DNA of 63,193 bases, counting the filler, from Hausera hauseri (Eukaryota): the NCBI GenBank assembly GCA_046269625.1. It is 12 parts of 12 records of this genome, joined end to end, with 100 filler letters (N's around TTAATTAATTAA, not from the genome) between each part and the next. Parts side by side here need not be neighbours in the genome. Positions count along the whole stretch, not along the records: positions 1 to 4,414 come from JBJURY010593445.1; positions 4,515 to 13,270 come from JBJURY010543230.1; 10 more parts are not named here. The stretch is one strand, 5' to 3'. Made by a program: the position numbers and the translations under genes. Below are positions 1-12,086 of the stretch, piece by piece. Under the pieces are notes generated by a model. That model was not told where the DNA came from, did no database searches, and saw nothing but the letters and a program-made list of their open reading frames with translations. Numbering within the stretch: the stretch's first letter is position 1; each line of letters opens with the position of its first letter.

Positions 1-2690
1 TGGGGACGCCAATGCCATCTTCATTGCTTCAAATGCTTCGTTGCAAGACTCGGTCCATACCAGTTTTTTGTTGTTTATTCCGCACATCTGTTCTAATGCC
101 TTAGCTTTTGTGGCATACCCTTGAATAAATCTCCTATAGTAATTACAAATCCCTAAAAAGCTTCTCAGATTTTTTACACATTTTGGTTTCTTAAACGATC
201 TGATGGCGTCCAGCTTGGAGGGATCCGTTTGTATTCCTTTGTTATTCATAATGTGTCCTAAGAATTTTACCTCCTTTTTTAAGATGTGGCATTTTTCTGG
301 GTTTATTTTCAGTCCCGCCTTTTTGATCTGATCTAGTACTTTCTCTAGTATTACATAATGTTCTTCTAATGACTTCAAAAAGATCAATATATCGTCTAAG
401 TATACTACAGTTTGTACTTTGGTGATCAGTTCTTGTAATGTATCCGGCGCTTCTGCTATATCAAAAGGCATTCTGTTGAAACTAAATTGTCACTGTTTAG
501 TTGAAAAAGCTGCTTTCAACTAGGATTCTTCTAGTTCGACCTGGTAACATGAGTTTCACAGATCGATTGACGTGAAATATCTAGCCCCATATAGTTTATC
601 CACCATTTCCATCATAGTCAGCACCGGGTACGCTTGTCTTTCTGTGAAGAGGTTCAACTGTCTAAAGTCTAGACAAATTCTGACATCGTTTTTCTTTCTT
701 CCAGACGCAGATCATCAGAGTATTCCTAGGTGAATTACATTCCTTGATGATACTGTTTTCCCATAAGTTTCGGACGGCCTCATCGATTTTAATTTCTAGA
801 TTCACTGGTTGTCTATGAAGTTTGATGTTAATTGGCGTGCCTTTTGTGTCTGTTCTATGCTTGATCAATGTTGTACATCCGATATCCCACTTGGCATAAA
901 GACTTCTTGGTTCTTCCGTACTATGTGTAATACCACTGTGTTTTCGTTTATCCGCAGAATCTCCTTCGCTCATTTGAATCGTTCTTCATTCGTCACTTTT
1001 CGACCAAATTTTGTTTCTACGTTGCATACATTATACCTTTGTTCCTCTCCATCTTTCTGTCGCCAACTTAATTCGATTCCAAGTCTTTTGTAGTTCCATT
1101 CCTCTTATTATTTCTGGTGATATATCTGTCACTACTTTGAATGTTACACGCTTCTGTACTCTTTTGAGTTTCACATTTACGGTCAGTTCATCTATGCAGT
1201 TTAGAGGGATACAATTTGAACAACGGTGCGTGATATCTGATTTATCCAGCCGGACATCTGTAAATCTTTCAAACATCTTCCTACTCATCACATTTACCCG
1301 TGCCCCTGTACCCAAGAGGCAGTCTTCCCATCTAACTTGTATCTTTATTTTTATACCTGGCCGTCCTTGTAGTTTATCGTACGTAATATGCTCCTCCGTC
1401 GATCCCTCAAGGTAACAAATTCTCTCTTCATCGAGGCTCTCGTTTTGACTTTCTGTAAATCGTATTTCTTCGTTTCTGTTCCCAAAAATTTCCTTTTTTA
1501 TGAACCTCCGTACCTTTTCCTCTGTTCTTTCCTTCATTTCTTCAATGCCTTGTCCATTTCTTTCAATATTTTGGGAGCCTTTGGAGTTGTTTAATATAAT
1601 GCCCCGACTAGCTCCACTTCTATCGAAGCTCTGCTTTTTGGAGTTGTCGACTCTAATGGATTCTTCATAATCTTCATCAATATTTGCAACAAATGCGTTC
1701 CTGCTGTTCACCCGTTCTCCATATCATTTCTCACCATACCCCGTCCTTTTGTAATTATCGGTAAACAAATTTTGTCGTCTTCTGCTCTTATACAATTTTG
1801 TATAACATGCTTCTTCCCTGTGCCCTCTATTGTAATATCTATTGCGTTTTATGTTTATGCAGTTTCGCCTTGTTTCCTTGCTGACCTCACCCATAGCATA
1901 TTATTGGTTTCCTTTCCGGGCAACTTCTGTTAATGTGCCTATCTTTCCCGCAACCAAAGCATCTTGGTACTTGTTGGAGGTTGCATGTCCGGCTTGTACG
2001 CCCGACTTTCTGGCACGACCAGCATTTCACCAACCTCTTTGCCTGTGTATTGTGCAGTTTTAAATCCCTACTTTCTTGTCTTCCTTTGACAAATTTATCC
2101 ACCATCACATCCCGATAACTCCGTCGACTATTCACTGACTGTATTTATCTGATCCGTCTTTGTTGCCACTTCGTGAACTTTCTGTATTTTCACTTTGATT
2201 TGTTCTACGCTTTTTTCGTCACTGTGGTAGATTTCTTTTCGCATCTCTGAATTGTCATAACAGTAAATCATCAGTTCCTCTGTTAAAGCTTCCATGCGTA
2301 ATTTTGTGACTAAAGATTCCCTTCACCAGTAGTTCGATTTTGTTGAAGTAGGCAGCCAGTTCTGTCCTCCTCATTCTGTAGTCCAAGGCCTCCCTCATAT
2401 CACCGCACAGCGTTGTGCGTTTTGCAAAGACTTCTCTCAACCGGTTTTGGTTCCATTTAACCTTCTGGCTCAGCAGATGGTATTTTTCTTGTGCTTCATC
2501 CACCAACAGGCACAAGACCGCGGTTTCTCAGTCAGTCTCCGACATCTTTATGAAGTCGAAGTATCTTTCGCATTTTCCAATAAAGGTTTTCACGATGTCA
2601 TCTTTATGGAATTCTGACTTTCTTCTCAAAGTCTCTTGCAGCGTTGGTCGCCATGTCAGTAGATCTCCCGACCTCAACCTCACTCGATGA
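1..2690 (-). mobile_element. Degenerate Ty3/Gypsy LTR retrotransposon (gag with two zinc knuckles, protease, RT); truncated at window start
   Basis: Minus-strand translations give knuckles CWSCQKVGRTSRTC and CFGCGKDRHINRSC (1887-2135) and protease-like CLLGTGARVNVMS (1031-1711). RT motifs include RMPFDI, VVYLDDILIF, KCHILKKEVKFLGH and LRSFLGICNYYRRFI (1-970). Many stops and frameshifts. Confidence 0.93.
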
Positions 2691-2691
2691 T

Positions 2692-2825
2692 TGTAAGATA
2701 GAATTATCCATAAAAGATTTATGAAAGTTTATATAACACTTATCTCCTTCATTCGGGAAATAAATCTTATTTTCTTTCTTTTCTAAATTTCCTGACTTTC
2801 TGTTGGTTGTCTCAATTTCTCCTCA
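2692..2825 (-). repeat. Probable partial 5' LTR of the Gypsy element
   Basis: Minus strand ends ...ATTCTATCTTACA just upstream of gag, preceded by AT-rich ATAAA motifs. No second copy is available to confirm. Confidence 0.35.
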
Positions 2826-2829
2826 TAAG

Positions 2830-4414
2830 CTGCAAACCCGTGAATGATATTTCATTCCAGGAAATAAAACTATTAGATATTTGGCCAGATTACGAACTGA
2901 CAATAGAAGAAGTTTTAAAATTCATACGTGATCCCAATAAATGGATGCAAGGATGGGACCAAAAATGGCATAACAAGCTAATAGGAATAATGGAAGATCA
3001 CAAACTAACTTCTGTGGAAACTGGGTTCGTGAAAAGACTTATTGACGAAATTGATCCAGACTCTAAAATTTTAAAGATGACTAAGGTAACATAGCTGTTA
3101 GTAGAAATATCCGAAATTGACGTCAGAAAATTGAGACAATTTCAGAATTACATACGTCACGCTCAGAAAACCCAAATTCGCCATAACCAAAGAAAAACTG
3201 AAATAGAAGAACCAGAGAATTGGATCCGTACAGAAACAAATATGTTCTGGCAAAATCAGAAATAGCTAATATAACAGAATTCACACAGAAATGGCAATGA
3301 GAAATAACGTCCGAGCTAATCAATTATCAACAAACGGATTTATTCAAGCAGATGAACTTGGCCACTTGTTTACCTTGCCATATCAGACTTCCGGTAACAG
3401 ACATTCTTCTGAACATCACGAATATCCGAGATGCAACAGAAATTACGTGAAATAAGAAAAATAGTACAAAACGCCAATCGAATCCAACCACCAGACTTCC
3501 CCATTGACTATGGACTTCCCGAAAACCAGAATGATCCGAAATGTGATGCGTATTTTGATGCAATAGTTGCCGAAAACCCGAAAACTCCAGTATGCCTATA
3601 TGAAACGGAAATCCACCCAGAGTCGGAGATTCAATGTGGAAATGCTTCTGGACTCGCCGCTAACAGAAAAGGATTTCATCGAACTAATTAACGTAAATAT
3701 TACTGAAAAGAGGCTAATTCAACTTACTCCTACTCTAACTAAATTGTCAAGTGAAAACACAATTTATAGTGCTGTGCCAAAACGTTTGATAAAAAATACA
3801 CTAAAATCTTAAGGGCTAAACCTAAAGTGATGTTAAAGGCGAAGGTGTCATCTGAGTGGATGGATAAAAAAGAATGCGAGTTTACGACTTATTCATCTTT
3901 GAGGAACGTAAAGCCATGGTTGCTAAACAATGGTGTCACGAACGAACTAAATTATAAACCGTATTTTAAAGGCAGAATCTTAGAGGATCTAGAACAATTA
4001 ATAGACATTGGTATTATACCCGACGAAACAAACCGAATATTGGCAGTAATCACAAAAGAACAAACTAAGGAAGGAGCCCCACGGAAGGCCAAAACCGAAC
4101 AATATGTAGAACAGATCATGGGAATACGAGACACTGCAATGTACTTTGAGTACTTGCAAACGGGTGAGGACAAGGAACAATATGATAAAAATTTAGTGCC
4201 ACCAACTGCTGCAAGACAGAAGCGCCCAGTTGACCGACCTTAGAAAATATGCAAAGAAAATGATTATAATGGAGACTTGATTAGAGAATTAATACAAATA
4301 TCGATACCGACTTTCAATGCGGATAATGAAGAACTAGTCGAATTGATGAAAATTTTAACACGTATTGTTAATTATTCCAGTCTCCATGGCGACGTGTTAG
4401 AAGATAAAGAGAAA
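2830..4414 (+). pseudogene. Diverged, disrupted copy of the unknown long ORF of the 26822-32112 element
   Basis: ORFs 2807-3094, 3431-3691, 3567-3812, 3827-4243 and 4277-4414 align in order to 27391-27942/27007-27345, 31875-32105 (both middle ORFs), 31336-31725 and 31129-31314. One segment is 70/104 aa identical by manual alignment. Confidence 0.9.
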
Positions 4415-4514
4415 NNNNNNNNNNNNNNNNNNNNNNNNNNNNNNNNNNNNNNNNNNNNTTAATTAATTAANNNNNNNNNNNNNNNNNNNNNNNNNNNNNN
4501 NNNNNNNNNNNNNN
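4415..4514. other. Artificial contig spacer (44N-TTAATTAATTAA-44N), first of 11
   Basis: Identical spacers occur at 13271-13370, 17849-17948, 22683-22782, 26722-26821, 32113-32212, 40232-40331, 46495-46594, 50724-50823, 54850-54949 and 58914-59013. The 12-mer puts stop codons in all six frames. Confidence 0.99.
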
Positions 4515-5830
4515 GGACGCATTGGACTAGAGTGGAGGAAGTGGAAGATATATATAAAGATTGTGACAAGTCGAAAATTTCACCGAAGAAAAAGAACCCT
4601 GGTCAAAGTTGAATAAAGAAAATTTTCAAACCTTGAAAGACAAAATAAAGAGAATAAAAGCAGGAAGGAATAAAATTTGTCTCCCTTGGAAAGATAAAAT
4701 GGAACTAATACCAGAATCTAGAAATATGGCATAGAGAAGACTTGATTGTTTATAAAAAAATTAAGTTTGGACAATTCGGTGAAAACAGCCTACGGACAGA
4801 TAATTGAAGACCATATAAAGAAAGGATGTGTAGAATCTGTCGAACAAAATAAAAATGAAATGAGTCATTGGATATTACCATACTTCCCTGTTTTAAAACC
4901 AGACAGATCTACTACTAAAGTCAAAATAGTCTTTGATGCAGCCGGAAAAACAAATAGAAGGGTTTGAACGACTTGTTATATCCAGAACCGAAACTACAAC
5001 AAGATTTATTTGATATTTTACTTCGAATGAGAAATAATGAATTTGTGATAATCTGCGACATAGCCGAGATGTTTTTGCAAATCAGTACCTCACCATGCAA
5101 CAAGAATTTTGTTCAGTTTTTATGGAGAAAATAAGAAAAATCGAAACCTATCAGGTTACGAGACTTGCATTTGAATTAAATGTTTCACCATTTTTAGCCA
5201 AACTCGTGAGCCAAATTAATGCTGACATATTTAAAAGTCAGTATCCGCGAGCGGTTGAAACCATTAGAAAGTCAACATACATGGATGATTGCATCGATTT
5301 CTTTGAAACAGAAAGCGAAGCCATCGAATTATATCACCAGTTGAGATTTAGGGCACTGCAAGTATGAAAACACGTAAATGGTTATTAAATTCAAACCGAT
5401 TATATAATGAAATAACAGAAAATGAAAAAGCGAAAGAATATACCTTTAAAAGTGAAAGTAACTGTACATCAAAACATTGGGACTTAGATGGGAAGTAAAA
5501 GAATAGTTTGATATTCGACGGCGGAGGAACCTTTAAAATGAATTAACCAAGAGAAATATTTTAAACATTCTGGCAATGATATTTGATCCCATAGGCTTAG
5601 TAGGTAGTATCATGATAGTAGGCAAATGTTTGTTACAAGAGATGTGGCTAAACGGAATTTACTGAGATCAAGCTATTTCGGGTGAACTGAAGAAACATGT
5701 AATGATATGGTTACTCCAATTGGTTGACATAAAGAAAATAAAAGTTAAAAAATGGCTGAGAATGAATAGTATAAGTAACCAAGAAGTTCATATGTTTCAT
5801 GATGGAATTCGTGTGGAGTACGGAGCTGTA
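4515..5830 (+). mobile_element. BEL/Pao LTR retrotransposon RT-RNase H fragment, degenerate
   Basis: Diagnostic BEL motifs: ILPYFPVLKPDRSTTKVKIVFDAA, LNDLLYPEPKLQQDLFDILLRMR, CDIAEMFLQI, RLAFELNVSPFLA, TYMDDCI, TKRNIL...FDPIGL and EVHMFHDG. Confidence 0.93.
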
Positions 5831-7705
5831 CATACATTGCTTCATACTTTTCATACAACTCATACAGTTCTGATCAACAACCACAAAACTAGTAAAACGG
5901 AAACAACTAGAACGACTATTATTGGTACCTTCATATATATTTACATGCTTCAACGTCTTTATTTGTTTCGTTAGACTTTTTGTCTTTCGAAATTCCTTTT
6001 CTTTTTCCATATCGCCACAACCACCTCTCGACGTTAATAATGGATTTTCAACGATTACATTAACCTGTCTTTTATATTCTGAAAACATGGTAATTTCATC
6101 TCGTAACTTTAAATTTTCCTTTTCATCCTCAGTGATTTCATTTTCTGATTTAATTGTTTTCATTTGTTTTTTCTCAAAATAAACCTTGAAATTGTTGTTC
6201 ACGATAATCTCGATTTGTCCAAATTTCTGACATTTCCCCAACAACATTGTAAACTTATTAAAATATTCAATACATCGTGGGAAAATTTTGCGAAATCGTA
6301 ATTATGCAGTCCGATATATATGATGTTAACTTTGATCTTTATTTTCAGTATACTTTGATAACAATTATCTTTGACATTACAGAAACCAACTCAATTTCAT
6401 TAACGATGAGGAATTTTCAAATAGTCTTTTAGAAAATTTGTTATAAGTTTTATTCACGATAAATATGTAACCAAATTCATTATACCTGAAGATGTTCAAT
6501 CGAAATTGTGAAAAATTCATTTGGGACGATATTTTATGTAACAGTTTATTTTGCTTTTTCCGGATTGAATCCTTATCTTTTCTTGATGAGAAATGAAACC
6601 CATAATCTTTAAACATATTTTCTTTTTTGGTTTTTTCAATATTTATATTAAAATTTTGCATTTTCAATTTTGTCTGTATCAAAACTTCTTGATCAGACAT
6701 TTCGAAATTTATATTATTAAATTATTGATTTCAATATTAATATATTTTTAATTTCTTTACTATAGTTATTCACTATAGTTAATCTCTATATCACCTTGTT
6801 AATAAGCCGACGTCCGGTCCCAAGTCCGGTTGGAGGTATTCACATGGACAAGGAATTATAAAAGGATGTTTTTGGACCATATAGATATTTTCATAAATAC
6901 AGGCACCAATACTATAAGAAATCTACTACTGTATAATTATTTTTCAAACTGAATTATTACTTTGCTGAGTGGGTAATAACAAATATTTCTTGGATGTAAA
7001 TCCGTTTGTGGAAATATATTTTGTCAGTATTTTGTTTCAAATCCAATGACAGAGGCGAATAGAGTGGGCGTATCGGGTTCAGCAACATAAACGGTACCGT
7101 TGCAATTGATATCAAATCTGTAAATGGATAATTCTTCACAGTTGTGTTTCAAAACGCATTGAATCCAAATAAACAATCATTATCAGAATTCGACACTACA
7201 CGATTTTGGATCAAAATTAGAATCAGATTTTTTCTGTGACAATCGTATTCGATATTGTCCTATTCAAGTTGTAATTAAGATGGAAGGATATCCAATAATT
7301 ATTAAATGACTATGATTAGGAAACTTCGTTTGTGTGGCAATCATTCATCTTTGAAAATCTTCTATGTAGTTATTCATCAGCCTTTGAACGATTCTTCCTA
7401 ATATTTAATGCACTGGTTCTGCAACACGGACGACTTGAATGTTCACGTTTATTTATATCTTTGCTAGAATAAACACAAATCTATATTAAATATAGAATGG
7501 TACTGCTGTCGAAACTATCGGTCCGTTTAGGTGAGAAAGAAATGCCCAACCGTGCTTGGCCAAAATGGGTTATCGGCCATGGTCCATGTCTGGTACAACA
7601 ATCCGATTATCCCATCGTCAGATAGATTAAATGTTTTACTTTAAAACAAACATCTGCCTTAGGCTCAACCTTTATTTCTTTTATTTCAGAAATTACAAAG
7701 TAAGT

Positions 7706-8625
7706 ATGACCAGAATAGCGAAAGTCACTACATTAGATAAGCAACCGATAAAATATATCGATTACTTATTTAAGCAACACATAACCGTATTAACACCACC
7801 CTCAAACAAGTTTAACATACAGAAATTTGAGGCGATAAAGAATAAACCTATATGGAAATCAACAAAGAATGTCAAATTCACAATGGATTGAAGTGGGCAA
7901 CCGACGGCAACCGGATAGTTAGGTTATTTGCTATAAGGAAATCCTCAGATGTTCGTGTATGCGCATTAAAGACCTTGATCCCATATGAAATTGGATTCCA
8001 CCAACAAATATACCTCCACTTGGTTGAAGGAAAAGTACAATATCGGGTAGCCGGTCAGCCGTGCAGTATAAATAAAAGCCAACCATGGAGTTGTAGCACG
8101 TACAGATTATGTAGCTTTAGAATTTTTGACTGTGCACTGAAATTCCGGATCGCCAACCTTCCGACGAAAATAATGATCGAAATGATCTATCGTATCACTC
8201 CAGTGGACATCTTGCCACCTATAGAATGCAGTCAACGGCCATCAGAAGAAGGCGTCTATCGATGTAAGAATTTCTATAGATTAGTACCACATGGACGGAG
8301 CACTCGAATCGTTTCGGTGAGTTATGGAGATGAAAACGGCTGGAGTGCGCCCATCGAGAACTCAATAAGGAAATCCAATGGAAAGGAGGTAATTAAAAAG
8401 TTGATATCCACTCAAATCAAAGTATAGGACACCGTCCCAAATTTAACTGGGATCCGAAGAGAACACTTGGTAAAGGAGAAGGATTTTCGAGAAATAAGAG
8501 AAGAATTAAACCACTGTCTATATTGATACACAGTGGCTGGTTATGAAGTTGAAGATACCTTAGTCAAAATAGGCATGGAACCAGAGAATATAGGTGGGAT
8601 CCGTGAAATAATCAGAATCCTGTAG
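7706..8625 (+). pseudogene. Unknown N-terminal region plus DEDDh (REX4/ISG20-like) exonuclease-like domain, disrupted
   Basis: Reading past the stop at 8427 gives KV*DTVPNLTGIRREHLVKEKDFREIREELNHCLY*YTVAGY. This resembles the VxDYRTxxSGIxxxxL...FxxVxxEV...LVGH block. It is also similar to ORF 51097-52032. Confidence 0.5.
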
Positions 8626-9609
8626 TAACCTACCAAGTGAATAAATAAACATAACATATGAATACACAGTAAATAACTTATTGTAATTTACACAAAATAT
8701 TGGTCAGTTGTAACATTACATAATTAAATGTTTCATATGTCAATAAGAATTTAATTACGAATTCAAATGTTTCGGATTTTTAATAAATTTCGTCAAGGAG
8801 GCATAAGAATTAAAGTTGACATTATAAAACACAAAGAAAACAAAGCAGATAAGATGCACTGATGTTTATTTTTAGATATTGATGTCAAAGTTATTTTTAG
8901 ACGGAATTCATCATAATGTTGCACAAGTGAAAAGCCCACAGTAAAAAGCGCATCGTGTTATTATCTACTTGGCAGCCAAATATGGATAGGCAAAAAGTAT
9001 AGACTTAACAGTTATTAAATCGGTGAGAGAAAGAGGTACTAAAATTTGTTTTTCCCATTTAAATGAAATTTTTGCACAATTTATTAAAATCAAAGCATAT
9101 GTATGTACAAGTACTTGACGTAATTATTAGAAATATTACAAACAGAATATAAATGTAGATAAGAGGTAATAAAATGACATGAAAAACACGAATTTTAACA
9201 CAAATATTTAACAGGTAATTCAATGAAATTAAACGTTATTGTAAATTTGTTAATGCTCGCAAATAATGCACCTTATCGTCTACTTTGGCGTAACTTTTAC
9301 GTGATTCGCTACTGCAGAATGTAGATATTCGTATTTGCTTTTCTTCACTTCTAAGCGACCTGCCTGAACTTTCACAAAAGTCAGTTTAAGACAAGATAAA
9401 TCTCTGCAACCTTTTAAAAAGTACCCAAACACTTGGATGATTACAGTGAAATAGCGAATTTAGAGCATTATAAAAGCCTTCACAACAATTTGTAGATTTT
9501 GATGACTTCTGTAAAATGACGATACAAAGTTAAGTTTATTTAAATCATCTGATTTACAAGAAAACCGAAGGCGGTGTGCTTAAAATTAAAAATGCAAATT
9601 GGAAATATT

Positions 9610-9750
9610 TTTACCACTGGAATGACTAGCAAAACCAGCAAACCTAAACGTAATTGAAAATCTTTGGAAGAGACTTAGCAACGAAGCCTATGGAGAAACG
9701 CAATCGTTGAATTTAGAAGACCTTGAAGAAAGAATAATTAAAGTATCTAT
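9610..9750 (+). mobile_element. Tc1-like transposase C-terminal relic
   Basis: E*LAKPANLNVIENLWKRL...LEDLEERII resembles the WPxxSPDLNPIENLW motif. Confidence 0.6.
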
Positions 9751-10742
9751 TGTTTAATCAATAATTATGGTAATAAGTGTTTTATCATTTATATGTCTGT
9801 GTAATAAAGCGTGTATATTTTATTTTCTATTGTATTTCTCTATGTACACTTTATTCCTGTAGACGTTATTTTTATAATAGTGGTAAAAGGTTTACTCAAA
9901 TCTATATTACAAAATATGTATGCCACTTATAATACACCATGCATGTCATGTATGTTTGAAAAGGTAAACACTGATCTTGAAGTAATTGAGTTTAAAATTC
10001 TAGTCTAAACATATTTGTATATTTCCCTTATGCTTTTACAGATCGCAAAATAATGGAATTATAAAACATTCGTTTATATTGTTGTAGAATGACAGAATGA
10101 CGCATGAGCAAAAGTCAAGAATTGATTATTAATAATTATCGACCAGTATATTTGAATATTGTCGATTATTAACTGGCATACAGCATTTGTAAATAATATG
10201 TAAACAATATGTTATTCAGTTGATATTGAATATAATCAATTTATTTATTTGATATTTCTGGATAATTAGTTGTAAATTGTAAATAATTGATTGAAAGTAG
10301 AAAATATGGGGGTAGAGCATTCGAAGTGAGTAGTATAAATACTGAACCAAAACGAAGAGGAATGAACAACTAGTAAACTATTGAACTGTTGAGATCTCAT
10401 TAAGCCGCTGAAATGCTACTATAGAACTACTTGTTGATCGGAATCAGTACGACGATTTCCGAGAATTACTGCGAGACGTATATTTATTGAAGATTTATAT
10501 AGGTAAGAGGAGAATTTGTTAGCCTTTGCACAGGATTTGTAAACATCTACAAGCATTCTAAAAGAGACACGTTTGTTTAACGAGAACGTTAAACCAAACT
10601 TGCATAAGTTAAACTTCAATTTCAAGTGTAACTACTGTTATAGTTGGGAGTTGCGTAGGGCCCATCCGTAACTATAACAATATTTTCACACAATTACTTA
10701 AAATAATTAACAGCCAATAAAATTAAAAATTAATAAATTTTA

Positions 10743-12086
10743 ATGAAAAGTTTATTCCATTTCACTAAATTGTTCCAACATATCATACAATCAATAATGT
10801 TTGCAGGTGAATTCACAGAACTCCTTGATAAACTGAAATTTGCAGATTTTCGAGGTTTCGCAGATATATTCGACAAATTAAATTTCATTCTAACGGTTAC
10901 GATTTTGATAATGAGTTCTGGAATTAGCATTCTCAAAAACTATGTTGCTTCTCCAATGCATTGTTTCATGCTAGAAGGACCAGCCGGTTTAATGTATACT
11001 CAGTATATCGAAAACTATTGCTGGGCTAAAGGAACTATACCAATCAGTTCATTGAATCCTGTTCCACAGACTAAGGCAGAATGGGATGCAGTTGATAAAT
11101 ACCGAATTGTGTATTATCATTGGATTCCATTGATTCTTATTTTACAGTGCTTTACAACTTACTTACCAAGAATGATTTCAAAAATTCTCTGTTCCGAAAA
11201 ACTTGGAATAAATTTGGAATTACTAATGGAAAATGTCAGTAAAATCAAAGGTATGCCTGAAAATCAGGAAAAATCAAAATCCATTGCGAAAAAAATCGAA
11301 AACTTTGTATACTGTCATCGGGACTACAGAAACGGAACGGTGGCCTCAATTAGAAGGAAAATTGTTCATTTCTTTGCACCATTGTTTCCCAGTAAAAGAC
11401 AAGGCACAGTATTGACCTTTACGTACATAGTGATGAAATTTTTGTACATTGGAAATTCAATTGGTCAGTTAGTCTTCATAGCAATGTTCTTTCCTTATGA
11501 AGACACGAATAAACTTCAGTTTATATTGCATTTGGTTCAAACATTTTTTGGAAGAGAAAAATGGGCTACAGCAAACGAAATATTTGCAGTACAAACAATA
11601 TGTCATGTTGATAATATAAAAGTGTTGGGTGGCAGTGTTGATCATGCAGCAACATGCAATCTTCCGCAGAATATATACAACGAAAAACTATTTGCTTTCC
11701 TCTTTATATGGTTCTTTATTCTTGGACTGTTGAATGTATATAGTATGTTAATTTGGATTGTACGTTTGTTTTCATGCAAAAGATTTCAATTCTTGAAGAA
11801 ATGCTTAAAGAATGAAGACAAATATGTAAAGGAAGACAAAGAAAAAATAAAGAAGTTTCAATCGGATTTTCTCCTATTTGACGGATATGTAATTCTGCGG
11901 ATGATTTATCTGAACAGTGGAGATCTTGTCACATCCGCAATTGTTGGTCAACTTTATGATATTTACGTAGACAAATACACTGAGATGAATGTTCGAAACA
12001 CAAATAAGCCGTCGAGCATCATTCTTTCATCGGAAAAATTAATTTTGACAGAAGTTTACAATGAAGCCATTGAGGAATTTCAGTAA
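10743..12086 (+). CDS. inx: Innexin (gap-junction protein), single exon; true start may be Met19 at 10797
   Basis: 447-aa ORF with four hydrophobic segments, SPMHCF, YIENYCW, YYHWIP (YYQW motif), TYIVMKFLYIGNSIGQL, F..QTIC and CNLPQNIYNEKLFAFLFIWF. Confidence 0.96.
   Translation: MKSLFHFTKLFQHIIQSIMFAGEFTELLDKLKFADFRGFADIFDKLNFILTVTILIMSSGISILKNYVASPMHCFMLEGPAGLMYTQYIENYCWAKGTIPISSLNPVPQTKAEWDAVDKYRIVYYHWIPLILILQCFTTYLPRMISKILCSEKLGINLELLMENVSKIKGMPENQEKSKSIAKKIENFVYCHRDYRNGTVASIRRKIVHFFAPLFPSKRQGTVLTFTYIVMKFLYIGNSIGQLVFIAMFFPYEDTNKLQFILHLVQTFFGREKWATANEIFAVQTICHVDNIKVLGGSVDHAATCNLPQNIYNEKLFAFLFIWFFILGLLNVYSMLIWIVRLFSCKRFQFLKKCLKNEDKYVKEDKEKIKKFQSDFLLFDGYVILRMIYLNSGDLVTSAIVGQLYDIYVDKYTEMNVRNTNKPSSIILSSEKLILTEVYNEAIEEFQ

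Noticed and set aside
2642-2653. TGGCGACCAACG as a PBS shared with the pol-less element, suggesting this Gypsy is its helper
   Set aside because: It coincides with the probable gag start (ATG GCG ACC), matches only 8 nt, and a better LTR end lies at 2692. Not enough to claim a partnership.
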